A stretch of 64,000 nucleotides of DNA from Humibacter sp. (GCF_035547335.1 NZ_DASZVF010000067.1:21768-85767); one strand, 5' to 3'; numbered from the stretch's first letter, positions 1 to 11,392 are shown. Made by a program: numbers and translations. The notes: a model not told the origin generated them from the sequence alone.

Positions 1-555
1 GTGTTCCCCGGCCAGCAGGGCGGGCCGCTGATGCACGTGATCGCCGCCAAGGCGACGGCCTTCAAGCTCGCCGGCACCGACGAGTTCCGCGACCGCCAGG
101 AGCGCACGGTGCGCGGCGCGCAGATCCTGGCCGACCGGCTGACCGCCTCCGATGCGAAGGCGGAAGGCGTCGACGTGCTCACCGGCGGCACCGACGTGCA
201 CCTCGTGCTCGTCGACCTGCGCACGTCGCAGTTCACCGGCAAGGAGGCGGAGGACCGCCTGCACGAGGTCGGCATCACGGTGAACAAGAACGCCGTGCCG
301 TTCGACCCGCGTCCGCCGATGGTCACCTCCGGCCTGCGCATCGGCACGCCGGCTCTCGCCACCCGGGGCTTCGGAGACGCCGAGTTCACCGAGGTCGCCG
401 ACGTCATCGCGCTGGCGCTCAAGCAGGATGCCGACATCCCCGCCCTGCACCAGCGAGTGCGCGCTCTGACGGATGCCTTCCCGCTCTACCCGGGGCTCGG
501 TCCGTCCGGCTTCCCGGTCGAGCAGGTCGAGCTCGCCTCCTCGATCGAGGGCTGA
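1..555 (+). CDS. glyA: serine hydroxymethyltransferase, C-terminal part (5' end lies outside the window)
   Basis: Translation [17 protein letters not shown]...[14 protein letters not shown] matches the conserved SHMT C-terminal region. It sits directly upstream of folD. Confidence 0.9.
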   Translation: MFPGQQGGPLMHVIAAKATAFKLAGTDEFRDRQERTVRGAQILADRLTASDAKAEGVDVLTGGTDVHLVLVDLRTSQFTGKEAEDRLHEVGITVNKNAVPFDPRPPMVTSGLRIGTPALATRGFGDAEFTEVADVIALALKQDADIPALHQRVRALTDAFPLYPGLGPSGFPVEQVELASSIEG

Positions 556-560
556 GGGCG

Positions 561-1445
561 ATGACGGCCATTCGACTCGACGGCAAGGCGACGGCAGCAC
601 AGATCAAGCAGGAACTGTCCGAACGCGTCGCGGCGCTGAAGGAACGCGGCATCGTTCCCGGCATCGGCACCGTGCTGGTCGGTGCCGATCCGGCTTCCCA
701 ACTCTACGTGGGCATGAAGCACAGGCAGTCCGAGGCCATCGGCATGAACTCGATCCAGGTCGAGCTCCCGGCGGATGCGACACAGCACGACGTCGAGGAG
801 GCGATCGACCGCCTGAACGCCGACCCCGCCTGCCACGGGTACATCGTGCAGCTGCCGTTGCCGAAGCACCTGGACACGGACGCGATTCTGGAGCGCATCG
901 ACCCGGCGAAGGATGCCGACGGACTGCATCCGACCAACCTCGGCCGGCTCGTGCTCAACGTGAACGGCCCGATCTCGACGCCGCTGCCGTGCACGCCGCG
1001 TGCCGTGATCGAGCTGCTGCTGCGCAACGACTACGACCTGAAGGGCAAGCATGTCGTGGTGGTCGGGCGGGGCGTCACGATCGGCCGTTCGATCGGGTTG
1101 CTCCTGACGCGTCGCGCGATCAACGCGACGGTGACGCTGACGCACACCGGAACGCGTGACCTGCCGTTCTACCTGCGGCAGGCCGACGTCATCGTGGCCG
1201 CGGCCGGCGTGAAGCACCTGGTACGGCCCGAGGACGTGCGGCCAGGGGCGGCGGTTCTGGACGTCGGGGTCACCCGGGAGGACGACCGCGACACGGGCAA
1301 GTCGAAGGTGTACGGCGACGTGGACCCCGGCGTGGAGGATGTCGCCGGCTGGCTCTCGCCCAACCCGGGCGGTGTGGGACCCATGACGGTGGCGTTGCTC
1401 ATGACGAACGTGGTGGAGGCCGCGGAGCGCTCCCTCGAGTACTGA
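561..1445 (+). CDS. folD: bifunctional methylenetetrahydrofolate dehydrogenase/cyclohydrolase
   Basis: 294-aa ORF with the typical FolD pattern (LDGKA...[36 protein letters not shown]). Confidence 0.95.
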   Translation: MTAIRLDGKATAAQIKQELSERVAALKERGIVPGIGTVLVGADPASQLYVGMKHRQSEAIGMNSIQVELPADATQHDVEEAIDRLNADPACHGYIVQLPLPKHLDTDAILERIDPAKDADGLHPTNLGRLVLNVNGPISTPLPCTPRAVIELLLRNDYDLKGKHVVVVGRGVTIGRSIGLLLTRRAINATVTLTHTGTRDLPFYLRQADVIVAAAGVKHLVRPEDVRPGAAVLDVGVTREDDRDTGKSKVYGDVDPGVEDVAGWLSPNPGGVGPMTVALLMTNVVEAAERSLEY

Positions 1446-1641
1446 GCCGACGAGCGCTGGTCGGCGGGCACTGAACCGTGGGCACTGAGCCGACGGCCTT
1501 TCCGGCCGTCTCGCCGCGTCGGTGCCCATGGCACACTCCCCATGTTGGGGGTGTTTCCCGCCATTTCGACGCGATTACGCTGTGCCTCGGTACGGCAGCA
1601 CTCGGGGGCTGCGGCTTCGGGGGGCCATCGTGCAAGAGTTC

Positions 1642-2205
1642 ATGACCGTGGCGATCACGCTCATTCTGAGCAATATGACCGTGACGCTGTTCATCGTCGG
1701 ACTGATCACGGCGGCGATCATCTCGTTGTCGTCGCGGCACAGGCACGAGCCGGGCTTCGTCAGCGGCGCGTTCCTGAACCAGTTCCTGCTGCTGTCCGTC
1801 GGGGTCAGCTACGCCTACAACTTCGTCATGCACAGCGTCTTCGGGGCGTTCACCGCGAAGGTGATCGGCTGGGCGCAGAGCCCCTTCCAGCTCGAGGTCG
1901 CGTTCGCGAGCCTGGGCTTCGCCGTCGTCGGATTCATCGCCTTCTCGCGAAAGCGCAGCCTGCTGGTGAAGTTCCTGGCTCTCGTCGGCCCCGCCGTGTT
2001 CCTCTGGGGAGACGCCGCCGGCCACATCTACCAGATCGCGACCACGGGCAACCTGGCCGCCGGCAACGCGGGGTCGATCCTGTACACCGACATCCTGCTG
2101 CCGTTCATCGGGTTCGCGCTGCTGTGGTGGCACGGCGCTGCCGTGCGGCGCAGCGACGCCGTTCCGGAGCGGGATGCCGTGGCCTGGTCCGAAGCAGCCA
2201 GCTGA
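1642..2205 (+). CDS. hypothetical integral membrane protein
   Basis: The ORF track opens at 1522, but the hydrophobic multi-helix protein begins at the in-frame ATG 1642 (MTVAITLILSN...). GTG 1630 is an alternative start. No family recognised. Confidence 0.55.
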   Translation: MTVAITLILSNMTVTLFIVGLITAAIISLSSRHRHEPGFVSGAFLNQFLLLSVGVSYAYNFVMHSVFGAFTAKVIGWAQSPFQLEVAFASLGFAVVGFIAFSRKRSLLVKFLALVGPAVFLWGDAAGHIYQIATTGNLAAGNAGSILYTDILLPFIGFALLWWHGAAVRRSDAVPERDAVAWSEAAS

Positions 2206-2244
2206 TCACGCTGATCGCTGACCGCTGATCACACGGAGCGCTGA

Positions 2245-2649
2245 TCACGCTGCGGCGGGGATCGCTGCCTCATCGGACGTGAGCAGGATGACGTTGCCGT
2301 CCGGGTCGTCCACCATCGCGGCGTACGGCCCTGCGGTCTTCGTCGGCGGCATGCGTCCGTGATAGCCGGCGCCCGTGAGCTGATCCCACATGCGGTCGAC
2401 GGCGGCGTCCTCACCGACGTAGAACTCGAGGAGCTGCTGGTAGCCGCCCTCCGGCCGCCGGAAGCCCGGATCGTAGGCGGCCGCGAAGTTCGTCGTGAGC
2501 AGCAGGCTCACGCCGCTGGGCATCCGATGGATGACGACGGGGCGCTCGGAAGGCGGTTGAGGGATGTCGAGGCCGAGGCGACGGTAGAACGCGATCGAGG
2601 CGTCTAGATCCCGAACCTCGAGCACGACCATCGCGAGCTGTATCTCCAT
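2245..2649 (-). CDS. VOC/glyoxalase-bleomycin resistance family protein
   Basis: 134 aa. The N-terminus MVVLEVRDLDASIAFYRRLGL is typical of the glyoxalase/VOC fold. Confidence 0.8.
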   Translation of the reverse strand: MEIQLAMVVLEVRDLDASIAFYRRLGLDIPQPPSERPVVIHRMPSGVSLLLTTNFAAAYDPGFRRPEGGYQQLLEFYVGEDAAVDRMWDQLTGAGYHGRMPPTKTAGPYAAMVDDPDGNVILLTSDEAAIPAAA

Positions 2650-2731
2650 GGCTCGATCGTGCCGTGAGCCAGTGACACCCGGTCGCCGCGGACGCTACCG
2701 CCGACGGCGTGCCTGCGCTACATTCCAGGCC

Positions 2732-4243
2732 ATGACCACCGTGCACGACGATCGAGCCGAAGCGCCTCGACCGAACGCCATGACGATCGAGCTCAACGCC
2801 CTGAACTCGATCGACGAGTCCGAGCGGCGCGGGCGGCCGAGCGGCCTGTTCTGGCCGTGGTTCGCCGCCAACGTCTCCGTGCTCGGCGTCAGCTACGGAT
2901 CGTTCCTGCTCGGATTCGGCATCTCGTTCTGGCAGGCGACGATCGTGGGCATCCTGGGCATCATCGTCTCGTTCCTGTTCTGCGGATTCATCTCGCTGGC
3001 GGGCAAACGCGGATCGGCCCCCACCCTCACGCTCAGCAGGGCCGCGTTCGGCGTGCGCGGCAACACCGTGCCATCCGTCATCTCCTGGCTGCTCACGGTC
3101 GGCTGGGAGACGGTGCTCGTCGCCCTCGCCGTACTGGCCACCACGACTGTCTTCAAAGAGCTGGGCGGTGCGGGTGGTGTCGTCACCCGGATCGTCACGC
3201 TCGTGATCGTCGTCGTGCTCGTCATCGGCGGCGGCGTGTTCGGCTTCCACGTGATCATGCGGCTGCAGGTGATCATCACCATCGCGACCGCCGTTCTCAC
3301 GATCGTCTACATCGTCCTGGTGGCAGGACAGATCGACTTCACCAAGCTGGCCGAACTGCCATCGGGCGACCTGCCGAAGCTCATCGGCGGGTTCGTGTTC
3401 ATGATGACCGGGTTCGGGCTCGGCTGGGTGCAAGCGGCAGCGGACTATTCGCGCTACCTGCCGCGCTCCTCCTCGTCGGGAGGCGTCGTGGGGTGGACCA
3501 CGTTCGGCGCTTCGCTGGCACCGGTCATCCTGCTCGTCTTCGGTCTCATGCTGGCCGGCTCGTCGCAGAAGCTGTCGGGAGCCATAGGCGCCGACCCGAT
3601 CGGAGCGCTCACCACGATCCTGCCCGCGTGGTTCCTGGTGCCGTTCTTCATCGTCGCCGTGCTCGGCCTCATCGGCGGTGCCGTGCTGGACATCTATTCA
3701 TCCGGGATCGCGCTGCTCAGCGCCGGGGTGAACATCCCGCGTCCGGTCGCCGCCCTCGTCGACGGCATCATCATGATCGCCGGAGCCGTCTACATCGTGT
3801 TCTTCGCTGCGGACTTCATCGGACCGTTCCAGGGCTTCCTCATCACGCTCGGCGTGCCCATCGCAGCGTGGTGCGGTGTGTTCCTGGCCGACCTCACACT
3901 GCGCAGGCGCGACTACTCCGACCGCGACCTGTTCGACGCACGAGGACGGTACGGCAGCTGGAACTGGCTCGCCATCGCCCTGCTCGTGATCGGCACGGGC
4001 ATCGGATGGGGCCTCGTCGTCAACCCGTACGGTCTCGACTGGCTGAACTGGCAGGGCTACCTCCTCGGGCCGTTCGGACTCGGCGGTGTGAAGGGCATCT
4101 GGGGCGGTGCCAACCTGGGCGTGCTCGCCGCCCTCGTGATCGGGTACCTGGGCGTCGTGATCTTCGGCCGGGGCCGGGTGCGCCGTCAGGAGGCGCTCGA
4201 CGACAGCGCGCAGGATGCGACGGCTGCGCAGGCCGAGCGATGA
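2732..4243 (+). CDS. NCS1-family nucleobase (cytosine/purine/uracil/allantoin-type) permease
   Basis: Roughly 12-TM protein with an NCS1-like N-terminus (ESERRGRPSGLFWPWFAANVSVL). Start taken at the in-frame ATG 2732; the ORF-track start at 2648 adds an Arg-rich non-genic leader. Confidence 0.85.
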   Translation: MTTVHDDRAEAPRPNAMTIELNALNSIDESERRGRPSGLFWPWFAANVSVLGVSYGSFLLGFGISFWQATIVGILGIIVSFLFCGFISLAGKRGSAPTLTLSRAAFGVRGNTVPSVISWLLTVGWETVLVALAVLATTTVFKELGGAGGVVTRIVTLVIVVVLVIGGGVFGFHVIMRLQVIITIATAVLTIVYIVLVAGQIDFTKLAELPSGDLPKLIGGFVFMMTGFGLGWVQAAADYSRYLPRSSSSGGVVGWTTFGASLAPVILLVFGLMLAGSSQKLSGAIGADPIGALTTILPAWFLVPFFIVAVLGLIGGAVLDIYSSGIALLSAGVNIPRPVAALVDGIIMIAGAVYIVFFAADFIGPFQGFLITLGVPIAAWCGVFLADLTLRRRDYSDRDLFDARGRYGSWNWLAIALLVIGTGIGWGLVVNPYGLDWLNWQGYLLGPFGLGGVKGIWGGANLGVLAALVIGYLGVVIFGRGRVRRQEALDDSAQDATAAQAER

Positions 4244-4785
4244 GCGATCCATGGCTCGTCGTCATCGACATGCAGCACGTGTTCGCGGATGCCGCCAGCG
4301 GCTGGTTCACGCCGCGTTTCGAGGAGGCGAGGGCGGGCATCCGCCGGCTGCTTCCCGCTTTCGGTCACCGGGTCGTGCACACGCGGTTCGTGGCACCGGA
4401 GCATCCGAAGGGAGCATGGGCGGTGTACTACGACGTGTGGCCGTGGGCGCTGGTGCCCGACGACGACCGGCTCTACCGGCTGGTCGACGAACCGGCATCC
4501 GATCACGCGCTCATCGCGCAGAGCACGTTCGGCAAGTGGGGCGCCGCTCTCGACGCCGCAACGGGCGGCAGTCGTGAGCTCGTGCTGACCGGTGTCTCGA
4601 CGGACTGCTGCGTGCTCTCCACCGCGCTGCCTGCTGCGGATGCCGGCGTGCACGTGCGCGTCGCAGCGGATGCCTGCGCGGGCGCCACCGACGCCGACCA
4701 TCGCCGCGCGCTGGACGCCATGGCCCTCTACGCGCCGCTGATCGACGTGACGGACGTGGATGCCGTGCTCGCCTCCCTCGCCTGA
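4240..4785 (+). CDS. isochorismatase-family cysteine hydrolase
   Basis: MSDPWLVVIDMQHVF...LVLTGVSTDCCVLSTA is the isochorismatase/cysteine hydrolase signature. The ATG overlaps the permease stop (ATGA at 4240-4243). Confidence 0.85.
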   Translation: MSDPWLVVIDMQHVFADAASGWFTPRFEEARAGIRRLLPAFGHRVVHTRFVAPEHPKGAWAVYYDVWPWALVPDDDRLYRLVDEPASDHALIAQSTFGKWGAALDAATGGSRELVLTGVSTDCCVLSTALPAADAGVHVRVAADACAGATDADHRRALDAMALYAPLIDVTDVDAVLASLA

Positions 4786-4865
4786 GGCGACGGGACTGCC
4801 CGCTGCGTGAGCCGGCGGGAGTACTCGCTGCCGGAGCCGGCAAGTGTGCTCGCTACCCTGGACCG

Positions 4866-5348
4866 ATGAGCATCGACACATCGCATTCCGCCGTTCGGGC
4901 CGTCGAGCGCGAGCTGCGCGCGCACGGCATCCAGGGCGAGGTCCGCTGGCTCGATGAGGCGACCCCGACGGCGGCCGCCGCGGCGGCGGCCCTGGGCGTC
5001 GAGGTCGGCGCCATCGCGAACTCGCTCGTGTTCACGCTCGACGGAGAGCCCGTGCTCGTGATGACCTCGGGTGGGCACCGGGTCGACACCGCCTACCTGG
5101 GCGAGGCGCTCGGCGGAACGCTCAAGCGGGCATCCGCGGACACCGTGCGCGAGGCGACGGGACAGGTCATCGGGGGAGTGGCTCCCACCGGGCATCCCGC
5201 GCGCTTGCGCACCTGGGTCGACGCCGCGCTGCGGGCATATCCGCAGATCTGGGCGGCGGCGGGCCACCCGCACACGGTGTTCCCGCTCACGTACGACCAG
5301 CTCGTCGAGCTCACCGGCGGAACCGAGATCGACGTCGAGCGCGGGTAG
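4866..5348 (+). CDS. YbaK/EbsC-type aminoacyl-tRNA deacylase domain protein
   Basis: 160 aa with VGAIANSLVF...GGVAPTGHP motifs typical of YbaK/ProX editing domains. Confidence 0.75.
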   Translation: MSIDTSHSAVRAVERELRAHGIQGEVRWLDEATPTAAAAAAALGVEVGAIANSLVFTLDGEPVLVMTSGGHRVDTAYLGEALGGTLKRASADTVREATGQVIGGVAPTGHPARLRTWVDAALRAYPQIWAAAGHPHTVFPLTYDQLVELTGGTEIDVERG

Positions 5349-5355
5349 CGCTGCA

Positions 5356-6225
5356 CTAAGCGGAGACGGCGTCGCCGTCGAGCAATCGCCGGATCATCGC
5401 CCGTCCGTGCTGTTCGAAGTCGCGGTCCCCGATGCCGTGCGACCACACGACGGTGCCGATCGCCTCACGCATCGTCTCCAGCTCGAGCACGGCCGCGTCC
5501 GAGGCATCCAGCTCGCGGCCCATCCCACGCATGAACGCGGCTTCGAGCTCCGGCCGGCCGTGGAAGTCCTTGCTGCGCAGACGCACCAGGTCGCTCACCC
5601 AGGAGCGCTGCGCTCCTCGACCGAAATCGATGACGGCGATCCGTCCTTCGTGTACCAGCCAGTTGCGCGGCTGATAGTCGCCGTGCGTGAAGTGGAGCCT
5701 GACGGGATGCCGCGGCACCGCCGCGACCCTTTCCTGCAGCATCCGACGCGACCGTTCGTCGAGAATCTCTTCGGCCCGCTGCACGAGCTCGATGGCCTGC
5801 GCGGCGACGTCGTCCATGTACTCGGCTGAGAGCGACCCTGGCACCTGCAGGCGCGCAAGGATGCGGCCGGCCTGCTCGAAAGCATCCGCATGATCCTGCT
5901 CCGGCGCCCCGAGCAGAAGGCGCCCAGGCAGATACTCCGTCACCAGGACGCCGGCATCCGCGTCGGCGAACTGAAGTCGCGGCACAGGCACCTCGTCAAG
6001 GGTGCTCAGCACAGTGCGGTGAGCGTTGATCTCGCGCTGGATGTGATGGCTGGACTCGCTGGCCTTCACGATGTGCTCGCCGGAGTCCGACACGATGTGC
6101 AGCACGGCCGTGTCCTGCAACGGCCAGGAGTAGTCGGCGAGCACCGACCAGTCGCCCAGCCAGCTGGTGAGCAGCAGGCGATGCCGCCGCGTCAGCTGCG
6201 GCCGCGCGTCCTGCTGTTCAGGCAT
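5356..6225 (-). CDS. aminoglycoside/choline-kinase-type phosphotransferase (APH family)
   Basis: HGDYQPRNWLV...VIDFGRG catalytic/Mg-binding motifs of the APH/ChoK kinase fold. It overlaps the upstream dehydrogenase gene by 8 nt. Confidence 0.8.
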   Translation of the reverse strand: MPEQQDARPQLTRRHRLLLTSWLGDWSVLADYSWPLQDTAVLHIVSDSGEHIVKASESSHHIQREINAHRTVLSTLDEVPVPRLQFADADAGVLVTEYLPGRLLLGAPEQDHADAFEQAGRILARLQVPGSLSAEYMDDVAAQAIELVQRAEEILDERSRRMLQERVAAVPRHPVRLHFTHGDYQPRNWLVHEGRIAVIDFGRGAQRSWVSDLVRLRSKDFHGRPELEAAFMRGMGRELDASDAAVLELETMREAIGTVVWSHGIGDRDFEQHGRAMIRRLLDGDAVSA

Positions 6226-7231
6226 CCTGCGGGTAGATGATCGCCTTCACGGCCGACGGATCCGCGGCGCCGATGCCCAGCGCTTCGGCCGTCTGCGCCA
6301 GCGAGAAGCTGTGCGTGTGCACGCCCGTGAGGTCGACCCGGCCGGAGGAGATCAGCGCGATGCCCAGCGGCCACGTGTTCTGGTAGCGGCTGACCATCGA
6401 GATGGTGATCTCGTTCCAGTTCAGGGTGTGCAGCGGCAACTCCACGTTCTGCTTTGCGATCCCGATGACCGCAGCCCGCCCGGCAGGTCCGAGGCGCGAC
6501 AGGCCGTCGGCGAGCACGCCGGGTGCCCCCGAGCACTCGAGCAGCACGTCGAATGCGCGTGACGAGCGGGACTCGGAGCCGCTGAGCTCGACGTCGAAGC
6601 CGTGCCGCGCAGCGAGGGCGAGTCGAGGCTCGGACACATCCGTCACGGTCACCGTGCGAGCACCGAGTGCGCGTGCCGCCTCCGCCGCGAGAAGGCCGAC
6701 CGGCCCCGCGCCGGTGACGAGCACGTCGTCTCCGGGTCGCAGTCCGGCGCGCTGGCATCCCCACAGCCCCACCGAGAGGGGTTCGACGAGCGCGCCCTCC
6801 TCGAACGACATCGTGTCGGGCATGACGAACAGGGTGCGGGCGTCGATCGCCAGACGCTGCACGAGAGCGCCGTCGACGGGCGGCGTGGCCAGGAAGCGCA
6901 GGTTCGGGCACAGGTGATAACGGCCGGCCCTGCACTGCTCGCACGTCCAGTCCGGCACGCTCGGCTCGATGGCGACGCGGTCGCCTGGCGCCACGTTCGT
7001 GACGCCTTCGCCCACCGAGACCACCTCTCCCGACGCCTCGTGTCCGAGCACGATGTCGCCGTCCACGATGTACGGCCCGATCCGGCCGTAGCGGTAGTAG
7101 GCCACGTCGGAACCGCAGACGCCGACGGCTCGGATGGCGACGACCGCCTCTCCCGGCCCGGCGTGCGGCTCTTCGCGATCCCGGAGCTCGATCTGCTCCA
7201 GTCCTGTCATGACCGCGGCGAGATTCGTCAT
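6218..7231 (-). CDS. zinc-dependent alcohol/polyol dehydrogenase (sorbitol/idonate dehydrogenase-like)
   Basis: GVCGSDVAYY, GHEASGEV and GAGPVGLL motifs. Start placed at ATG 7231, preceded by GGAG; the ORF-track start at 7378 adds a non-genic extension. Confidence 0.85.
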   Translation of the reverse strand: MTNLAAVMTGLEQIELRDREEPHAGPGEAVVAIRAVGVCGSDVAYYRYGRIGPYIVDGDIVLGHEASGEVVSVGEGVTNVAPGDRVAIEPSVPDWTCEQCRAGRYHLCPNLRFLATPPVDGALVQRLAIDARTLFVMPDTMSFEEGALVEPLSVGLWGCQRAGLRPGDDVLVTGAGPVGLLAAEAARALGARTVTVTDVSEPRLALAARHGFDVELSGSESRSSRAFDVLLECSGAPGVLADGLSRLGPAGRAAVIGIAKQNVELPLHTLNWNEITISMVSRYQNTWPLGIALISSGRVDLTGVHTHSFSLAQTAEALGIGAADPSAVKAIIYPQDA

Positions 7232-7399
7232 CGCTGATCTCCTTCTGATCGTGTGCGGATCGGTGGTGAATCGGATCGGTCCCGGAGCCGTTCGGTGCCG
7301 ATCCGGTCGTGGCACGAGTGGTACTCGGTCGGACCGGTGCTGCGACCGACCGGTGCCGTCAGGATGCCCTGCTGTCACGCATCCTGCAGGTCGCGCACG

Positions 7400-7939
7400 T
7401 CAGTTGCGCACGCCCACGCGGTGCAGCTCGAGGTGCTCGAGGTAGACCTCGGCGTTGTGGCGGATGCCCGCCACCTCCTCGTCGCTCAACTCGCGTCGCA
7501 CCTTCGCGGGCACGCCGGCGACGAGCGATCGGGGCGGCACGACGGTTCCCGCCGTCACCAGAGCCCCGGCCGCGACGAGGGATCCCGTGCCGATGACGGC
7601 ACCGTTCATCACCGTGGCATGCATGCCGATGAGCACGTCGTCCTCGACGGTGCAGCCGTGCAGCACGGCGTTGTGGCCGACGGAGACTCCGGAGCCGACC
7701 GTGAGCGGAAAGCCGGTGTCGACGTGGCAGGAGCAGTTGTCCTGGATGTTCGAGCGCTCGCCGATCACGATCGGTTCGTTGTCGGCGCGCAGCACGGCGT
7801 TGTACCAGACGCTCGCCCGCTCGGCCAGCGTGACGGCTCCGATCAGGTGCGACCCGGGCGCCGCCCACGCGGACTCGGCCACCTCGGGCGACGGGCGATC
7901 GGGGAGTGCGGTGACGCGGGCATCCTGGTGTGCGGTCAT
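7400..7939 (-). CDS. gamma-carbonic-anhydrase-like left-handed beta-helix (hexapeptide) protein
   Basis: VWYNAVLRAD...IGERSNIQDNCSCH...VGHNAVLHGCTV is the typical gamma-CA/YrdA/PaaY pattern. Start at the in-frame ATG 7939. Confidence 0.85.
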   Translation of the reverse strand: MTAHQDARVTALPDRPSPEVAESAWAAPGSHLIGAVTLAERASVWYNAVLRADNEPIVIGERSNIQDNCSCHVDTGFPLTVGSGVSVGHNAVLHGCTVEDDVLIGMHATVMNGAVIGTGSLVAAGALVTAGTVVPPRSLVAGVPAKVRRELSDEEVAGIRHNAEVYLEHLELHRVGVRN

Positions 7940-8001
7940 ACCCTCAGCCTGCCACCCCGCGGCGGGCCTCAGCACCGTCTCAGACACCAGTACGGGTACC
8001 G

Positions 8002-8099
8002 GCCCCAGTCGCCAGCACAGGCGGGTCTACCCAAAACGGCGCAGCCCCAGTCGCCAGTACAGGCAGATCTATCCGGAACAGGCCGATTCAGCCTGTTCC
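8002..8099. repeat. 31-nt direct repeat x2 (8002-8032, 8044-8074; 27/31 identical) followed by a perfect 9-bp-arm inverted repeat (8075-8083 / 8091-8099)
   Basis: Read directly: GCCCCAGTCGCCAG[C/T]ACAGGC[G/A]G[G/A]TCTA[C/T]CC twice, then GGAACAGGC-N7-GCCTGTTCC. All share an ACAGGC core. The location is intergenic. Confidence 0.7.
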
Positions 8100-8208
8100 C
8101 GCGAGGTAACCGCATTCCTGCCTGTTTTCACGGAATCGGAGGCGGGGACGGGGGCAGGCCGGGAGGCCGTGGAGCTGGGTGGGGGGAGCGGGTAGTCAGG
8201 GTGCGACG

Positions 8209-9365
<1,157 letters not shown>

Positions 9366-9369
<4 letters not shown>

Positions 9370-10493
9370 ACGGGGTTCTCCTTCTCGGCCAGCGCGATCC
9401 CCTCGCGCAGCTCGCCTGCCTGCTTCTCCGGCGGCACATCGCCGATCCATGCTCCCATGGCCGCTTCGCTGCCCGCCAAGAACTTGAGCTTGTCGGCGGC
9501 CCGTCGCGGTGAGGTGAGCTGCAGGTGCAGCCGCACGTCGTCACGATGCACGTTCACGGGCGCCTGATGCCAGGCCGCGATGTACGGGGTCGGGGTGTCG
9601 TAGAGCCGGTCGACGCCACGCAGCAGCCGTAGGTACAGCCTGGCGAGCTCGTCCCGCTCGTCGTCGATCGTCGCGGCGAAGTCGGGCACCTGCCTGTGCG
9701 GCACGAGGTGCACCTCGAGCGGCCACCTCGCCGCGAAGGGCACATAGGCGCTCCAGTGCGCGCCGGTGATGAGCATCCGCTCGCTGGCGCGCTCGAACTC
9801 CAGGATGTCGTCGAACAGCGTCGGCCCGTACGCCTCGACGGACGCCAGCAGCCGCTGCGTGCGCGGCGTGATGTACGGATACGCGTAGATCTGCCCGTGC
9901 GGATGCCCGAGCGTCACGCCGATCGCCTCGCCGCGGTTCTCGAACGGGAACACCTCCTGGATGCCGGGCAGCGCCGACAACGCGGCCGTGCGGTCGGCCC
10001 AGGCCTCGATCACCGTGCGCGCCCTCGACGCGGAGATGCTGCCGAACGCTCCGGAATGCTGCGGGCTGAAGCACACCACCTCGCAGCGTCCGACGGAGGT
10101 GCGCATGCGTCCGATCCCGATCTCGGCGAGGTCGTCGAGCCCGCGCGGAGCATCCGGGCCGTCCAGTGCCGGGCCGAACGAGGGGGAGCGGTTCTCGAAG
10201 ACCGCGACGTCGTAGTCGCTCGGGATCTCCGACGGGTTGCCTGGCGACTGCGGAGCGAGCGGATCGAGCGCGGCAGGCGGCAGCACCACCCGGTTCTGAC
10301 GTGCTGCGGCGATCGAGATCCAGTCTCCGGTGAGCGGATCCTGACGCATGCGCGCCGTCTCGGGTCGATGGTCGAGGATGCGCAGGTCGGGCGCTCGATC
10401 CGGCGGAAGCGAGCTGTCCGCGTCGTCGAAGTAGATGAGCTCACGCCCGTCCGCGAGGCGGTGCTCGCGCTTCGTGATGGTGCCCACGTCCAA
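9366..10493 (-). CDS. galT: galactose-1-phosphate uridylyltransferase
   Basis: 375 aa with the HPHGQIYAYP active-site His-Pro-His motif. TTG start. Confidence 0.92.
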
Positions 10494-10544
10494 ACCCTAC
10501 CTTACGGATTGACAACCAAACACAAGCAAACGTAAGTTTGCCGC

Positions 10545-11375
10545 GTGGCCGATGTCCCAGCCCCGACCGCCGGTTCGGTTCCCGATGCCGGTGCACCGGC
10601 GACCATCAGGAGGCAGCGCATGCTCGCCCTGATCGGCGAGCGGGGATTCGTGCGGGTCGGCGAGCTGAGCGACACGTTCGGGGTCTCCGACGTCACGGTG
10701 CGCGGCGATCTCGCGGTGCTGGAGGGCACGCAGGGCATCCGTCGCGTGCACGGCGGCGCCATGCCCAGGGTGACCGGTCCGCTGCACGAGCTGTCGTTCG
10801 AGGAGGCGCTGCAGAGCTCCGCCGACGAGAAGCGGTCCATCGCCCGCGCCGCCGTCGCACTCGTGGAGCCGGGCATGAGCGTCATCGTCGACGTGGGGAG
10901 CACGTGCATGGCGCTGGCCCGCGAACTCGTGTGCCGTGAGGACCTGTACGACGTCACCGTGATCACGAACGGCCTGACCATCGCGCTCGAGCTGGAGAAC
11001 GCGATCCCGCGCGTCCAGGTGATCGTCACGGGAGGCACCCTGCGCCCGCTGCAGCACTCGCTCGTCGCGCCGCTCGCGTCGCTCATGTTCACGCACGTGC
11101 ACGCCGACCTCGCCTTCATCGGATGCAACGGCGTGGATGCGCACGCCGGCATCACGAACATCAACCTTCCCGAGGCGGAGCTGAAGCGCGAGATGGTGCA
11201 GGCATCGGCACGGGCCGTCGTGCTGGCCGACGGGTCGAAGACCGGCCGGGTGCACCTCGGCCGCATCGGCGAGCTGTCCGACTTCGCGGCCGTCTACCTC
11301 GGCGCCTCGGCCGACGGCGAGGCGCTTCGCGCGTTGCGTGCTGCCCATTCCCGCGTGCTGGTCGTCGACGAGTAG
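10545..11375 (+). CDS. DeoR/GlpR-family transcriptional regulator
   Basis: N-terminal wHTH (RRQRMLALIGERGFVRVGELSDTFGVSDVTVRGDL) plus a C-terminal DeoR sugar-binding domain. Divergent from galTK. GTG start. Confidence 0.85.
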   Translation: MADVPAPTAGSVPDAGAPATIRRQRMLALIGERGFVRVGELSDTFGVSDVTVRGDLAVLEGTQGIRRVHGGAMPRVTGPLHELSFEEALQSSADEKRSIARAAVALVEPGMSVIVDVGSTCMALARELVCREDLYDVTVITNGLTIALELENAIPRVQVIVTGGTLRPLQHSLVAPLASLMFTHVHADLAFIGCNGVDAHAGITNINLPEAELKREMVQASARAVVLADGSKTGRVHLGRIGELSDFAAVYLGASADGEALRALRAAHSRVLVVDE

Positions 11376-11392
11376 GCGCAGTCCGTTCTTTG

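Noticed and set aside
1492-1510. Hairpin GACGGCC-N5-GGCCGTC after folD, as a terminator.
   Set aside because: The stem is only 7 bp with no T-tract, so support is insufficient.
486-1529. Long ORFs antisense to or out of frame with recognised genes. Examples: 486-1529(-), 2411-3433(-), 2857-4785(+, upstream part), 25853-27313(+), 30608-32833(+), 42017-43702(-), 55478-57604(-).
   Set aside because: These are typical high-GC artefacts. Their translations are Arg/Pro/Gly/Ala-rich low-complexity strings with no recognisable motifs, and each fully overlaps a gene with clear family signatures on the other strand or frame.
10501-10536. CTTACG-N24-CGTAAG inverted repeat in the galT/DeoR divergent promoter, as an operator.
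   Set aside because: The arms are only 6 bp with a 24-nt spacer and poor flanking symmetry. That is too weak to call without comparative or binding data.
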